Assembly (NCBI GenBank): GCA_002633005.1
Contig: NMRA01000547.1
Coordinates: 135,561-199,560 of the forward strand
Direction: 5' to 3'
Length of the DNA stretch: 64,000 nt
Origin: Phoronis australis
Taxonomy: Eukaryota > Animalia > Phoronida
Shown here: positions 1-13,130 of the stretch, piece by piece
How positions within the stretch are numbered: position 1 is the first letter of the stretch
How the letters are laid out: every line of letters starts with the position of its first letter
Program-made: the position numbers and the translations under genes
The notes under the pieces: model-generated
What the model saw: the letters and a program-made list of their open reading frames with translations, nothing else
Databases searched by the model: none
What the model was told of the DNA's origin: nothing

Positions 1-338
1 CAGCCAGTCACATAAAGCAACAGTTCTATAATTGTCAAATAAACGCCTGGACACACAATACAGCTAGGACCATGGGGACCTTATTTACTCATGTATCTTA
101 TTGGCAGGAACACTGTTTCGTTAAGGTCTGTTTAAGTGACAGGTGACTCACGTATGCCGCACATGTTGCCTCAGAAACAAAACAGGGTTACATATACTGC
201 AATGGCGTTGTCTGTGTTTAGTTTGCGAACAGTTTAATGTGAAGACATTGAGCAACAATGGATATTGTGAATACTCAGTCAGGGCGTGTTACACGACAAA
301 TATGTATATTTTCTATCACAAAGTTTGATAAGTCCATT

Positions 339-1501
339 AATAGCTCACTTGCGAGTTTCTCGTTAGTCAATGTGACGTCACCGGAAAAGGGGCAAAACCC
401 GCCATATTGGTCTTGTTTTGCCCCGAGTCTTTGCTACACACGCTAAATCTTACTGGAGTTCTTATGGTGAATTTTACGCTTAAAACGTTAACACAACTTA
501 AGAGATGGTAGATGGATCGTGGAATAATTGTGGATGGACGAAAAAAATGTGAACTTGTCATGTTGTGCGAAGCTGTGAATGGACTGAAACTGGAACTGAA
601 CTCGGTCTAGGCCTGAATGCCGCAGGCATACACAGGGGCGATAGTATATCCCCAAAAAAGTTACTCACTTCAAAATACAGCTAATAAAATCAAATGAAAC
701 ATGCATATTTGCACATGGAGTTATAATTAACACATACCCTGACTCTGGATACATTTAGTCTACAAATAACTTGAACATATCCATGAAGACCTCGCTGTTT
801 GATCGCTCAAGTTTCTCTCACCGAGCGCCATTTTGAGGAAGTTACGTGAAATCACGCCTGTTGACGAACAAAAAGTTCAAGGGACACAACTCTTTCAAAT
901 TTCACGTGATATTTTTCATGCTATTTTGCAAGTGTCACGCGCCAGGTCTCGCGCTGAGCTCAGTCTCGCGCTAGCTGTTGCCTCATACTCACCTGACTCA
1001 GTTGAAATACTTTGTGGTTATCGCGCGCGCACTTAAAGTTAACAGCAACCACAAAATGGAGTTGGAATTCTTCGCCAAATTCACCTGAATTCCCGTAGCT
1101 ATGCTTCATCGAAGATATGTTTAGAAGCAGAAAGGGTCACTGAAGAAAGTAAGCGCCTTTTAAGTGATAATTTTAGGCGTAGAAAGTATTTTTGACGAGG
1201 TGAAAACTTAATCAGTGAGCGGATTTCGCCTACCGCCCGTTTAAAAACACAGGACGAAATTAGTGCAGAACGCGACAGAACATATTGTTGTGCGAATCTT
1301 AATTTCATTTGGCATAGCAGCAATGCTTGTTTGGCATTTTTCGAACAAAATGGCTAAAAACTTGAAGAAAACAACAGAATACACTCTGCTACCATAGTGG
1401 GCAAATGGCCAAACGACAAGCTTTTGAACCACTTCCTGTGACGTCACAGTTATGTCTCACATATTCTCGCGTTATTGTTATAAACTCGCAAAAGGACTAT
1501 T
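339..1501. mobile_element. Non-autonomous DNA transposon, ISL2EU/PIF-Harbinger-related, with convergent SAP-like and THAP-like ORF remnants
   Basis: Imperfect TIRs (aatagctcacttgcgagttt / aaactcgcaaaaggactatt) plus an inverted tgtgacgtcac. The + strand at 464-610 reads MVNFTLKTLTQLKRW*MDRGIIVDGRKKCELV (SAP-like). The - strand from 1337 reads MPNKHCCYAK*N*DS (THAP-like start). Confidence 0.6.
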
Positions 1502-1929
1502 GAGAGTCAGCAACATTGCTATTTATTTTTTGAGGACATGATGTGAATTTCTTGTCAGCAATAATGGTCAGAAATCTGCACGCCTGTTCAAACTGTCTAA
1601 AAAACCGCAAATTGAAACATTGACGGCACCCAATCACGTAAATTCCAAAATTTTGGACAGCCAATTTTGCCATCTTTCTCATATTTCTCAAATTTCGAAC
1701 GGCCAATATTGCCTATTACTAAAATTTAGGACAGGTTCAAACTATTTATTTTTTCACTGTCCTCAATTTCGGAATTTTTACCATAATTAGCACTCACATG
1801 TGGGGACACAAAATACCCATTAGCTGGTACAGCAGTAATCAGATTCATCTAAACAATGTTGATACCAGTCGCAATGTGAATTAATTGCTGGAAGATTCCA
1901 CAAGGGGTTCAAAACATGGTTCTACAGAG

Positions 1930-2895
1930 CCTAAACAGACGCAGGCAAAAGATGACAGCAATGTGAACCCACATAATTATACATGTGTGGGTGCATAAAC
2001 AACAAAGCAAAGCCACATACCTCATTATTAATATTATTACCATACCTCATAGCACAATCTGCCACACATCTGAGCTCGACCTTTGAAGAGAACTTTAGCA
2101 AACTGAAAAATTCAAACACATGTATCATCAGATTACTTATGACATCACATCAGCACTCACTTCTGTAATATTTTTAAAATAACACCAAATCTCATGAAGA
2201 AATTGAAGGCAAATACAAAAAAATAAAAACAATCACAAAAGGGCATAGCAAAAGTCAAAGCTGTACAAACACCAACATCAGTCAGGTTTCCGTCAATTTC
2301 CCCATACTGTAAAAAGTTTAAACCTTTAGGAAAACAGAAAGGAGGAAGCCAAAATATAGAACCAAATTAATATTGCGCAGCACATGCCAGAGCCATGCGA
2401 AAAATAGGCAGGTGCTATCCTCATAATGCATCTGACAAATTTCAGGAAGTTTCACACAGGCACTTGGTACTTACACAGGCAGACACAGAAAGATAAAGTT
2501 TCCATTAAATAGCACACTAGGCACATCAGTCCGACGGTCAACATCAGCTAAAAACGGGGAAGTAGTGGGATTTGTCCAAAATCCACATCAGCTGTGCCCT
2601 CCTTACTAGATACATATCTTTGAACTATCACGGTGATAAGTCACTGAACTTGGTAAAGATTTGGAGTGATAACAGTAGTTGGACTTGTCCGAAAATCAAC
2701 GTCAACTAAATAGAAACATCTGTCAAAAATTTTACTACCATCCTTCACCAAATATGATAGATATCAAGGCAGCTTCAAAAAAAGAAAACTGCTGCTAGGG
2801 CTAGTGGGAGTATTTGTAATACTTTTTGAGTAGTGTATATGAGGCAAGATACTGGATGGCCTGACAGAGATGATGGCAATATGTACCAAGACACA
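1930..2895 (-). mobile_element. Older degraded fragments of the same HINE-like family (end motif at ~1935-2000; body at ~2380-2895)
   Basis: Shares gatgacagcaat..cccaca..tgtgggtgcataaa and tccgaaaatcaacgtca motifs with 2987-4277. Confidence 0.55.
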
Positions 2896-2986
2896 AACTT
2901 ATATTTTCATCTGGGTGCAATTGCCGTTATCTTGGTCCTGGCATCTGGTGTGTATACATACACATGACAAAAGTTGCAAAAAATAC

Positions 2987-4277
2987 CAACAAGAGCAACG
3001 CAGAGCGTTGAAATGCGCCCACAAACGCACTGCAAACGGTGTGCATCTAGGGTGTTTATTTGTATCATGGCTAATAGAAAGTGCAAAATATTTTGAATCC
3101 ATTAAAAAAACTGGAAAATTCACCATTTTTTAACAGAAAGCTATTTACCGCATTTCAAGAAAATCCGTCAAGAAACGTTAGCATAACGGAAAAAATGAAA
3201 TTGCCATTAGGAGACGAAGGTTCATCAGATTCGTCTGAAAGTTGTCGTCTTCTGTTGTCAATATCATATAAATACACTAGCTAAATTTAATAAACATTCT
3301 GCATAGGGCTTAGGAGATACAGCTACGGGCACAAAAAACTGCCACTAGGAGGTGCCACAGTAACTGAAGCCAGAAAATCATCGTCAACCGTCCTCTTCAC
3401 ACTATATAAGCCAATTTTCACAATCATCCTAAGAGTGGTTTGGTTGACCGAGGGCGGACGGCAAAAACAGACTAGAAAACAGTGAAAATGGCCACTAGAT
3501 GGGGCAAAATATGTCGAATCCATCTGAAAACTGGAAAACGTCACCGTTTTTTTAAAAGAAAGCAATTTAACAAATTTCATGAAAATTCGTCAAGGAACTT
3601 CAGAGAAACAGAGGAAAACAGAAAAAATTAAATTGCCTCTAGGGGGCAATCTTAGTTGGACCCGTCTGAAAGCCATCGTCTTCTATTGTTAACTTCATAT
3701 AAACACATTTGATACAGTTACAAAAGATCCTGTAGAGCGTTTAGGAGATACAGCCATGGCCGCACAAACAAACAAAACTGCCACTAGAAGGCGCTACAGT
3801 AGTCGAAGTGACGTTGGAAAATCATCGTCAACCGTCCTCTTCATAGTAAGAACATACATGCCAATTTTCACAATCATCCTTAGACTGGTTCGATTGATGA
3901 AGGGACGGATGCCAAAAAAACTCGAAAACAGTAAAAATGGCCAATGGGTGGCGCAAAATACCTACAATCCATCTGAAAACAGGAGGATAGCATCATCTCA
4001 CTAATAGATGCCTATGTGCCAAATTTCACGAAAATCGGTTGAGGACCTTTGAAGATACAGAGGCAAACGTAAAAAACTAAAATTGCCACTAGGGGGCACA
4101 GTGGTATTTGGGTCGGTCCGAAACTCTTCGCCTTTTGTCGTCCATCCCACAGGAACTCACCTGCAAATTTCAATAAGGTCCTGCAAGGGGTTTAGGAGAT
4201 ACAGCCGCAGACACCAGACGCCCAGACAGAGATGACGGCAATATGCACCCACATATAAATATGTGGGCTCATAAAAA
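2987..4277 (-). mobile_element. Full-length HINE/DINE-1-like (Helentron-associated) element with a central higher-order tandem repeat
   Basis: On the - strand: T-run, 5' subTIR with adjacent inverted copy (cccacatat/atgtggg), GTCT-like microsatellite, ~145-bp tandem units, 3' subTIR (tgtgggcgcat), hairpin caacgc-tct-gcgttg, then cttgtt. Confidence 0.8.
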
Positions 4278-4327
4278 TCATAATCTAGTTTGTAACTTTC
4301 GAATAATTGATGAAAAATTATAGGTAC

Positions 4328-4465
4328 CTTTTTGATGAATGCTCTAAGTGCGCCAAACGCGTGTTTCAGCAGCGTTTCCGACTGACATGTTTGTAGGAAC
4401 GATACATAGAGGTCAAAGAGATTGTTCATCACAGCATTGTCGCCATCTCTGAATTCCAACTGACT
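4328..4465 (-). CDS. DOCK9: DOCK9/10/11-like exon (SQLEFRDGDNAVMNNLFDLYVSFLQTCQSETLLKHAFGALRAFIKK), phase 0-0
   Basis: Acceptor atttccttccag, donor gtacct; resembles [37 protein letters not shown]. Confidence 0.96.
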
Positions 4466-5172
4466 CTGGAAGGAAATATTAAATGAAACACTGATATACT
4501 ACCATAAAATGTATATATCTACTCTAGAAAGCCAATAGACACACAGTAATTATATGTTACTGTTTACCAAAGATAAAGAAGACATTTGTCTCATTCTGTT
4601 TTGAGACAGTGGGGCCATGGTTGTAAATCTCAGTGAATTGAGTTTGCATGCCCACGAGCCATGTGCATCAGTACGGAGCTATGTTCATGAGAGCTTAAGC
4701 TATGTTTGTTTGGGTAGCCTGCAGTAAACATACCGTACTCATCTGGGTTACCGTCCAAGGCACTTAAATTGGGAATCTAAAAAACAGGGGGTGGGCGGTA
4801 AGCCGAGCATGGGCGGTTAAAATAGAAATATCAGGAGTCGGTGTTTACTGCACAAAGGACCGATTTTACCCTTATGGAGCTACATTAACGGCGAAGGCAA
4901 CGTTTTTTCATGTCATTTTTAGCAAAAATAAGGTTCGTTGGTTATCCCAGACATATTTTCAACTTAATTACAGCTTTTCGAAATTTAATTAAATATTCAT
5001 TCTCTACTCCGGAAGTGAAGTTTTGGAAGGCAAGCATTTCGCGCCAATTTCTTTTCATATAGTCCGACTATGAGAGCTGTCATGTCAGTCATTGATCTAC
5101 CTCGGTCGTCGTTTGCTTTTGTTTATGAATCGGTCAACATGCCACACTGTTGCTGCGTACCGGGATGTACTC

Positions 5173-6003
5173 ATTATGGCTCAGCCCTGCTGCGATGTTG
5201 AGTAGTGGGAGTGAATACAGGTCATTTAGTGCAAACATGGGGTCATTAGGTGCATTTTTCTTCTGAAAATTTGACCTTTTCAATCAGCAAGTATTCAGAT
5301 GTGTCAACCGTTAGACAACTGTAATTCTGAGCATTAAGCACATTTTTCATGGGCTTTGCAATAATTCTCCTAAAGACGCTAATAATGCACCGGATAAGGT
5401 CAATTAGTGCAAAGGTCATGTAACGTTCAAAATGTTGTATCTTACGTTTTTCAAGGAATTCTTTTCAATTTCAGCACACTGGTGTAAGTCAACATGCCAA
5501 TTGAATACCCTACTTTACTTTGCAATAGGCCTAACCAATCAGAAAAAAATAGGTCAAAGGTCATTGAGTGCAAAATTTTGAGCTAGAGACTTCAAAATTA
5601 CATATCTGTTTACTAAGTGCGATTGAGTTTGAATTCTAAATTTTCAGGTAATTGGTGCATCCATGGGGTCATTAGGTGCATTTTTCTTCTGAAAGTTTGA
5701 CCAATTCATTCATCTTGTGTTCTGAAGTACTTAAAGTAAAACATCTGTGATTTTTAGCATTAACCACAACTTTAATCGAGTTAACAATTACTCCCTCATC
5801 GGGGTTCATAATGCTCTGGAAGAGGTCAATTAGTGGAAAGGTCATCAAAAAATTAATGTGTAATTTCTCCCACAATTTGAAAGAATTCCTTTTCATATTG
5901 GTAAACGGGTTGCTGTCAGTAACTTCCCATAATAATTCCAGTAATAGGCACGTGCAGAGTCCGTTACCGTTATTGTCATGCCGTGACAATAATCCTTCTA
6001 GTT
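5173..6003 (+). mobile_element. Second HINE/Helitron-like element with a ~427-bp internal duplication
   Basis: catggggtcattaggtgcatttttcttctgaaa occurs at ~5236 and ~5662. The 3' hairpin ttattgtca-tgccg-tgacaataa is followed by ctagttt. Confidence 0.6.
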
Positions 6004-6573
6004 TCTAATGTGCTTACAGGGTACCAAGGCAAGTGTGTTTACAGTAATGCCAGACACACAACTGGGTGTGACCTGTGAGCGCCAACAAAAGATCGCAAGA
6101 ACACTTTAACAACAGAAACGTGTTACCTGATCCTGGAAAGTCCTTTTGTCTGGAGGTGAAACTGTACGGGATACATTTTTTTTAGTATACCAAGAAACTA
6201 CTCATGTTAAAAAACAATGGAAAGCACATGAGGACACATCTACAAATTCGAGGTGGCACTTTTGAGAGAATTTCATTCACTCAATCCGAGAAAGAAGGCG
6301 TTAAGTGTACGAATCATTTTCCTCCTTTAGACAAATACCAAGCAAACTCATGAAATATGGCGTTGCTTTTGTAAAATGTAACAATGGTACATTTCTCACA
6401 ATGTGGATTCCAGGTAAATTTTAACAACTGCATAAAATGTAACAACTTATTACATTTTAGGAGAGGCATAGCAACGAAAAATGTAACAAGTGACCATGAC
6501 CTGCAAGAGGGAAAAAATTACAGGTTCTCACTGACAGTGAGAGCGCTGACTGATATGTTATTATCTAACTTAC

Positions 6574-6689
6574 CTGAAACTTGCCAGAATACAAGCTTAT
6601 CACATCCAGTATCACAAGGCCACATTCAGTGGCCATGTTGGCCTCCATCAAGGATTTCAACATGGCATCTGCAGATGATTGGGAAGGAA
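6574..6689 (-). CDS. DOCK9: DOCK9/10/11-like exon (PSQSSADAMLKSLMEANMATECGLVILDVISLYSGKFQ), phase 1-0
   Basis: Acceptor catttcttgtag, donor gtaagt; EAN.ATE motif. An alternative in-frame acceptor would start the exon at 6668. Confidence 0.94.
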
Positions 6690-7019
6690 CTACAAGAAAT
6701 GAGAAATAGAAACATGCCAGAATTCATGCCAATGATCTAAACTTGAAATGAAGCAGCCACTGACAACAAATAAGACAGTCGTACTGAATAGCAAAACATA
6801 TAGAATTACAGCTGTCATTGCAAATTTACAATATACTCGATCATTGCAAATTTACAAATATACTCGTTGTTAGCTCACTACCTTGAAACAGAGTTATTAC
6901 ATTTACCATATTTTATGAAAATTCATCATAGGACACACTGGATAATGAAGGGGATCCAAAAACAAGTAAAATTCCCATGAGGAAACACCATATTACGTAA
7001 TCAGAACCATCTGAAATTA

Positions 7020-8284
7020 TTGTAAGCTTGCGGGTTAACGCCCTGGGCACTTAAATTGGGAAACCCTGAGCCATTGGTGGGCAACCCAAGCAGTAGGTGG
7101 TTAAACCGAAAAATTGGCAAAAAATCGGGGGTGGGCAATTACCCAAGCAATGGGCGCTTATGTCCAAGTTTTAGCTGAACTGGGCAAACCTCGCGGGGTG
7201 TTCATTCGAGCACGGAACTTGTAAGTTTGGTCAAACAGCGGGACCCGACAACCACAAAGTTTCTCATAGCTCAAACAGAAACAGGACTTCAACTTTAAAA
7301 GAGTGATTTCCTGAGAACATTTCTAAAAACTCCGATGTTGCCATATGTCATACCACAGAGCTTTATGAAACTCGAATGGCAGTACACTTACCGTATCAGC
7401 AAGTACTGTTACAGATCAGTGAACGCGCCATTGTATTGTTAGTGTTGTGTTTAGTTGGAACTCTTCCGGTCCCGTCTCGTTGTTAATGTCGTCTGCGTAT
7501 CAAACGCTATAAACGTTCGATTCACTGTTTAGTTTATCTGGCGCTGGATTAAAAACACCGACGATTCGATCATGGCCGACACAAACCATTTACAATTACA
7601 ACGAGAGGCTTGTGTGAATAATTGTTCAATTCAAATCTGGGTCAACCCAGGAGGAAAATCTAGCAAAATCAAGTGCTCCGGCTGAAAGTACATGGCGATG
7701 TTTTGAAGTTTTACCTGTTCTCGTCAAACGCTCAAAAAATTGATCAACTGAACTCGAAAAAGCATTGGAAATGATGTCTGATACGAAAAATTTTAGACTA
7801 TTAAGTAATTCGAAAACACCTAGACAAACCTACGTCAATGACGACCAGGACGTTGCAGGCCTAATCTCGTAGTAGACTAGCGTTACTTCTATAAAAATCT
7901 ACAGAGAAGGCCTGTATCAATTGAACAAAAGATCAGTTGATAAGTTTAAAAAAGGTGTTTGCAGAGCTTAAGTTATTCCACAAACGCCCGCTGAAAAACA
8001 TACTTTTCGAGACGATTGTACGCAGGTATAAGCACGACATGTTTCTGCAAACATGGAAGTCTGAGCCCGAGGCAAAGCTGTGAACAAAAGCATAAGTTCA
8101 AGCGCAACTTCGGCAAGCGGTAAGTTGGGGATGGGCGATTACCTGAGAGGTGGCCGCTTAAGTGGAAATTAACACAAAGTAGGGGATGGGCGATTACCCA
8201 AGCAATGGGCACTTAAACTGAAAATTTACAGAAAGTTGGGGATGGGCGATTACACGAGCATGGGCATTGACCCGCGATTTACAG
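7020..8284. mobile_element. Tc2/pogo-like MITE (diverged subfamily)
   Basis: Degenerate TIR (tgtaagcttgcgggttaacgccc / gggcattgacccgcgatttacag), TA flanks and multiple subterminal tgggcg.ttaa motifs. A truncated left end of the same type is at ~4733-4830. Confidence 0.65.
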
Positions 8285-8901
8285 TAATGCCATCCTTGTT
8301 GTCATGCCCACAACTCCAAATGGACACTTGGGTTTACCTCTATTTCCAACAGCAGGTTTATAACCAACGTCTACCTGTCGTGTCTGGGGCAGAATTAATA
8401 AATGGAATTCAGGTAGACTTTACTTTACACAATAGGTTGGACTTGTTTACAACCTGTTTATGGTGAGAAAGTGGAGGCAGTTACCTACAGAAATAGGAGA
8501 AGGATAATATCAGCAGCAGTGGAATTGACCTATCGCCAGGATTATGACAGAAGGCTCAATTGACCAATCAGAACGCAGCATTCTTGACACACCTTCGTCT
8601 GCGTTTCCAAGCCGCCATTTTACCCGACAAACCACACATAGTCGAGTAAAACTTACTTTAGTTTATAGCTCAAGAAATTGTGCGTGAAGAATAGTGAAAC
8701 GGTGTTGATATGGCGTGTGTAATCCCGACAGCCGTTATGCTACTCCAAAATAATATTCCGTCATTTTTGCATGTCCTAAGCCGAAAATTGATGTCGAAAG
8801 ACGTAAACTACTGTGGATCAAACTTGGCTGTACGGCCAGACGAGCTGAAGATAGCAATGTTGTTTGATTACTCAGAGGCTATAATAAACACAAATATATT
8901 A

Positions 8902-9865
8902 CCGTAATCGTTCGGGTTAACGCCCTGGGCGGTTAAATTGGCGAACCCAAAAAATCGGGGGTGGGCGGTTAACCAGACATGGGCGCTTAAACGTGAAATT
9001 TCAAGAAATCAGGGGGGGGCGGTTAACTGAACATGGGCGCTTATTACGACAGGCAACCGCCCTGGGCGGTTAATCTTACCTTATGATCTGAGTCACCACA
9101 CGTACTAAGCCACATACTGGGATCGCCTAACACTTTGAAAAGAACTTTNNNNNNNNNNNNNNNNNNNNNNNNNNNNNNNNNNNNNNNNNNNNNNNNNNNN
9201 NNNNNNNNNNNNNNNNNNNNNNNNNNNNNNNNNNNNNNNNNNNNNNNNNNNNNNNNNNNNNNNNNNNNNNNNNNNNNNNNNNNNNNNNNNNNNNNNNNNN
9301 NNNNNNNNNNNNNNNNNNNNNNNNNNNNNNNNNNNNNNNNNNNNNNNNNNNNNNNNNNNNNNNNNNNNNNNNNNNNNNNNNNNNNNNNNNNNNNNNNNNN
9401 NNNNNNNNNNNNNNNNNNNNNNNNNNNNNNNNNNNNNNNNNNNNNNNNNNNNNNTGTAGACGCCAGCGCGGTTCCTAAAGTTTGCGAACATGAGAAGAAA
9501 AGAAAGTGACAAAGTGTTCAAGTATTACATTTTGAAGTTAATCGATGACCCGTTACAATAATTTGTTACTGGTATCATAATTCACATTGCTAAACCGCGG
9601 TCTCTGAGGCCGTCGTTGCACTCAATGTTATCATCGATCTTAATCTAAAAGGTCGGGGATTCGCGTTTCCTATTAGCACAGGGCGGTAATCACCAATCGT
9701 CAAAAGTAGGGGATGGGCGCTTAACCGAGAGGTGGGCGCTTAATTGGAAATCTTCAAAAATAGCAGGGGGGCGGTTAACCGAGCAGTGGGCGGTTAAATC
9801 GAAAATCCACCTAAAGTAGGGGTGGGCGGTTAACTGAGCATGGGCGTTAACCCGAACGATTACGG
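8902..9865 (-). mobile_element. Tc2/pogo-like MITE, opposite orientation to the 27666-28900 copy; spans the assembly gap
   Basis: Perfect TIR ccgtaatcgttcgggttaacgccc, TA target duplication, internal similarity to 27666-28900. Confidence 0.85.
9149..9454. other. Assembly gap (306 N)
   Basis: Run of N. Confidence 1.
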
Positions 9866-11609
9866 TAGTTCCAAGATACGCACTTTCTCAGCTTGGTGCG
9901 GCAGGGCTATTTCAGACTTTCACTCCGGAGTTTCCTACGTCTGGCCGCCTTCGTCTCGGCACCTGCTGGATCTCAGCACTATAGCGATGACATTTTCATT
10001 TATTTCGGCTTAATGGATATCGTTTGTTCCGTATCAGAGATAAATTTTTGTTATTCACAAACCCGTAAGCTGGCGTTCAACTGAACTTCTCTCCTTGCCA
10101 AAATTCAGAGATTCGATCGGCTCAGAGAGGGGCACTGGATTGCTGAACTCAAAGCCTTGTTCGAGCTATTGTCACAAAAAATAAACAATTGAATTACTTT
10201 TTGATGTGGACCTCTAGTATACACAATGTCTGTAGAGTTAGAGAGAGCTCATTTCGAAGTTGTTCAAACATGACTATTTAGATTTATGAAGCTTTAAAAA
10301 AGACTTTGGGTTATTTTTGTAAATACCCTATTTTTGCAACTATCTCACCAGACTTGTAATATTTTGTAACCATACCACAGCTTAGTGATCATGCTACGTT
10401 CAAAATTAAATGAAAGTTACCTTTATGCAATGAAACTACAAAAAATTCGAAGTTCATCAGAAGGTAGGCCTAACTTATTAAATGTCTTCATGGTGCAAAC
10501 GGACAATTCCATGCATTTTGACTTAGACACAGCCCTAGACCTACCGGAGCTAACTGTTTGTCTAGGACAAGATGAGTGTGTACCTGAGCTATGAACCTGA
10601 GTTTTTTAATCAAAATATTTCGTTACAAGATTAAAAAAGCATAAACAGTGCTATTGAGTCGACCTAGTCAGAGACTACAGTACATGGGTTGTCTGTAATC
10701 TAAGACCTACTTCAGGCTACTCGAGGAGTCACACCAGTTGTGACCTATTTTTCCTATGGCGAAATTTAGCAGACGACAGAATAAACATATCGGTGAATCT
10801 TCACTGATTTTGTTCGAAAGATCCTGAAATTTATGGAATCGTACAGATAATTCGATTTTAAGGTACATACCCAGCTACATGAACATATCATATCAGTGGC
10901 CTTGTCATTTGTCAGGAAGGAGAACCCCGATCGAAGGGTTCTTCGGATTTTCGCTGGCTCCTCGAACACTTATTTTTTCATCGTCACCTTTACAAATTCC
11001 CATATCATGAACGTACGATTCTCTGTTGAAAAGCATCGCCTGTTGTCTTTGTCGAAGCGTTTTCAAATAAGTCAAAAAAACACTCATCGATTCCAACAGG
11101 AACGTCGTTTAGCGACCGTGTATTTGCCTCTGACATCTTGTTGGTTTGTCGGGTATCACGTGACTTTTTGCATAGGGGCGGAGCTTGCAATAGGTCAATT
11201 GTTTCATTAACAAGTTTCCCATCATAACTTCACTCCATTAGTGTTATATCCAATAGTAACCACTTAAATCATCCTTAGCTTTGCTCTGAACACTCTACTG
11301 GACTGAATTTATTGCCGCTCATTTACTGTTGGATTAAATATGCCACGCCAGTAAATTTTCTCCTCTTTGGAATATGGGATTAGTGACCACCGTAAAATTT
11401 AGTCAAGTTCCATTAGACAGTGAAAACGCATAATCCACTGCAGTAAATTGGTTACAATTAGTAACTTACTTGTTTGAAGGTCACTGATCATCCAATCGAC
11501 TGGTATTTTGAAAAATTGGTTACACGATTGATTACTGTTTTTGATGAAAAACATAACAAACTTGAAGTACATAAATTATATCGTGCACCAATCAATTAAA
11601 ATTTCGTAG

Positions 11610-13130
11610 GCCAAATTTTTATCCAGGAACTTCAAAGAAATATAGGCAAACAGAAATGCCACTAAGAGTAGTCAGATCCATCCAAAAGAAGTTGCCATCT
11701 GTTGCCATTTTCAAATGAATACACATGCAAAATTTCCACAAAGAACCTGCACAGGGGTTTGGGAGAAACAGCTGCGGATAAAAAATGCCACCAGGGGACA
11801 CCACAGTACTCAGACCTCTCTGAAAATCAATGTCAGTGGTGCTGCCAATTTTCCTTAAAACCTTTCCAGCAGTTTGGCAGCTAAAGAGGCCAATGCCAAA
11901 AACACCACACTCAAAAATAAAAAAACTGCTAGGTGATGCAAAAAACATCTAATCCGTCTGAAAATAAAAAAGTGCAGTTATCTCATAAATAAAAACCTAT
12001 ATGCAAAACTTCATGAAATTTTGTCAATGGACTCTGAAAAGCATAGATTTAAAAAATTGCCATTGCATGCCACAGAGGAAATCGGAGCTGCCTGAAAGCC
12101 TTTGTCATCCACTGTTACATTCATAGAAAAATACATGCCGAATTTCAAAAAGATTTAGGAGGTACAGCTATGGATGCACAAAAACAAAACTACCACATAA
12201 GTCCGACTCACCCGAAAATCAACGTCACTTGAGCTGTGGTCATTTCAGCAAGAACGCTTCTGCCAATTTTCACAATGACCCTTGGAGTGACTTAGCACAT
12301 TGAGAAGCGGACGCCAAAAAACAAATTTGTTATCAATGAAAATGGCCATTACGTGGTGCAGAATATATTTAATCACTCCGAAAATTGGAATAAATTGCAA
12401 TAGAAGCCTATTTCACAAACTTCATGGAAATCCATCACTCTGTAGACACAGACGTAAATGCTGATTTTGCCACCAGGGGGCACAGTGGTAGTCTGCTGCT
12501 GCCAAAAGTAATCCTCAATTGTTGTCACATTCATTTGCACTTGCCAAATTTCACAAGACTATGTAAGAGTTTCAGGAACTACAGTCGCAAATGCAAAAAA
12601 AAAACAAATTTGCCATGAGGGACCACTACAGTGGACAGGCTCGTCCGAAAATTAACGAAGTTTTCTCGGTAGAAATATATCTGCATTACAGTTTTCATAA
12701 TGAGCCTTTTAGCAGTTTGGTAGATAAAGACAAACATGAAAAACTGTAACTGCTACAAGGAGGCACAGTGGTAGTCGGATCAGTGTAAAACTCGCCATCG
12801 TCTGAAGTTAACCTCATATTAGGAATATATCTGCCAACTCTCATCAAGATCCTGCAAGGGTTTAGGTGATACACCATCGGACACTGGATGCCCAAACAGA
12901 TATGATGACAATATGCACGCACATGTGGTTCCATAAAAATAAAATTTTTACTAGGGGTCACAGTGGTTGCTGGATCCATCCGAAATTCACCACCATCCTT
13001 AGTAACACTCACAGGCACACATTCGCCAAATCAACAATTGTCCGTGTAAAGGTTTAGAAGATACAGTTGCAGATGCCGGGCAGAAATGACAGCAATATTG
13101 CCCAAAACTGTATATGTGGGCGGATAAGAG
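11610..13130 (-). mobile_element. Diverged HINE-like element(s) of the 2987-4277 family, with two end motifs
   Basis: Same ~145-bp units (gccaccagggggcacagtgg, aaatttca..aaga); end motifs at ~12890-12940 and ~13070-13130. Confidence 0.7.

Larger units (their letters stand above)
8523..11200. mobile_element. ISL2EU-like non-autonomous element hosting a nested MITE
   Basis: TIR aattgacctatcgccag / cttgcaataggtcaatt; THAP-like remnant on the - strand near 10790-10890 (MICSCSWVCTLKSNY..DSINFRIF). Confidence 0.5.

Noticed and set aside
9105-9521. ORFs of 124-138 aa in the ORF track
   Set aside because: Artefacts of the N gap.
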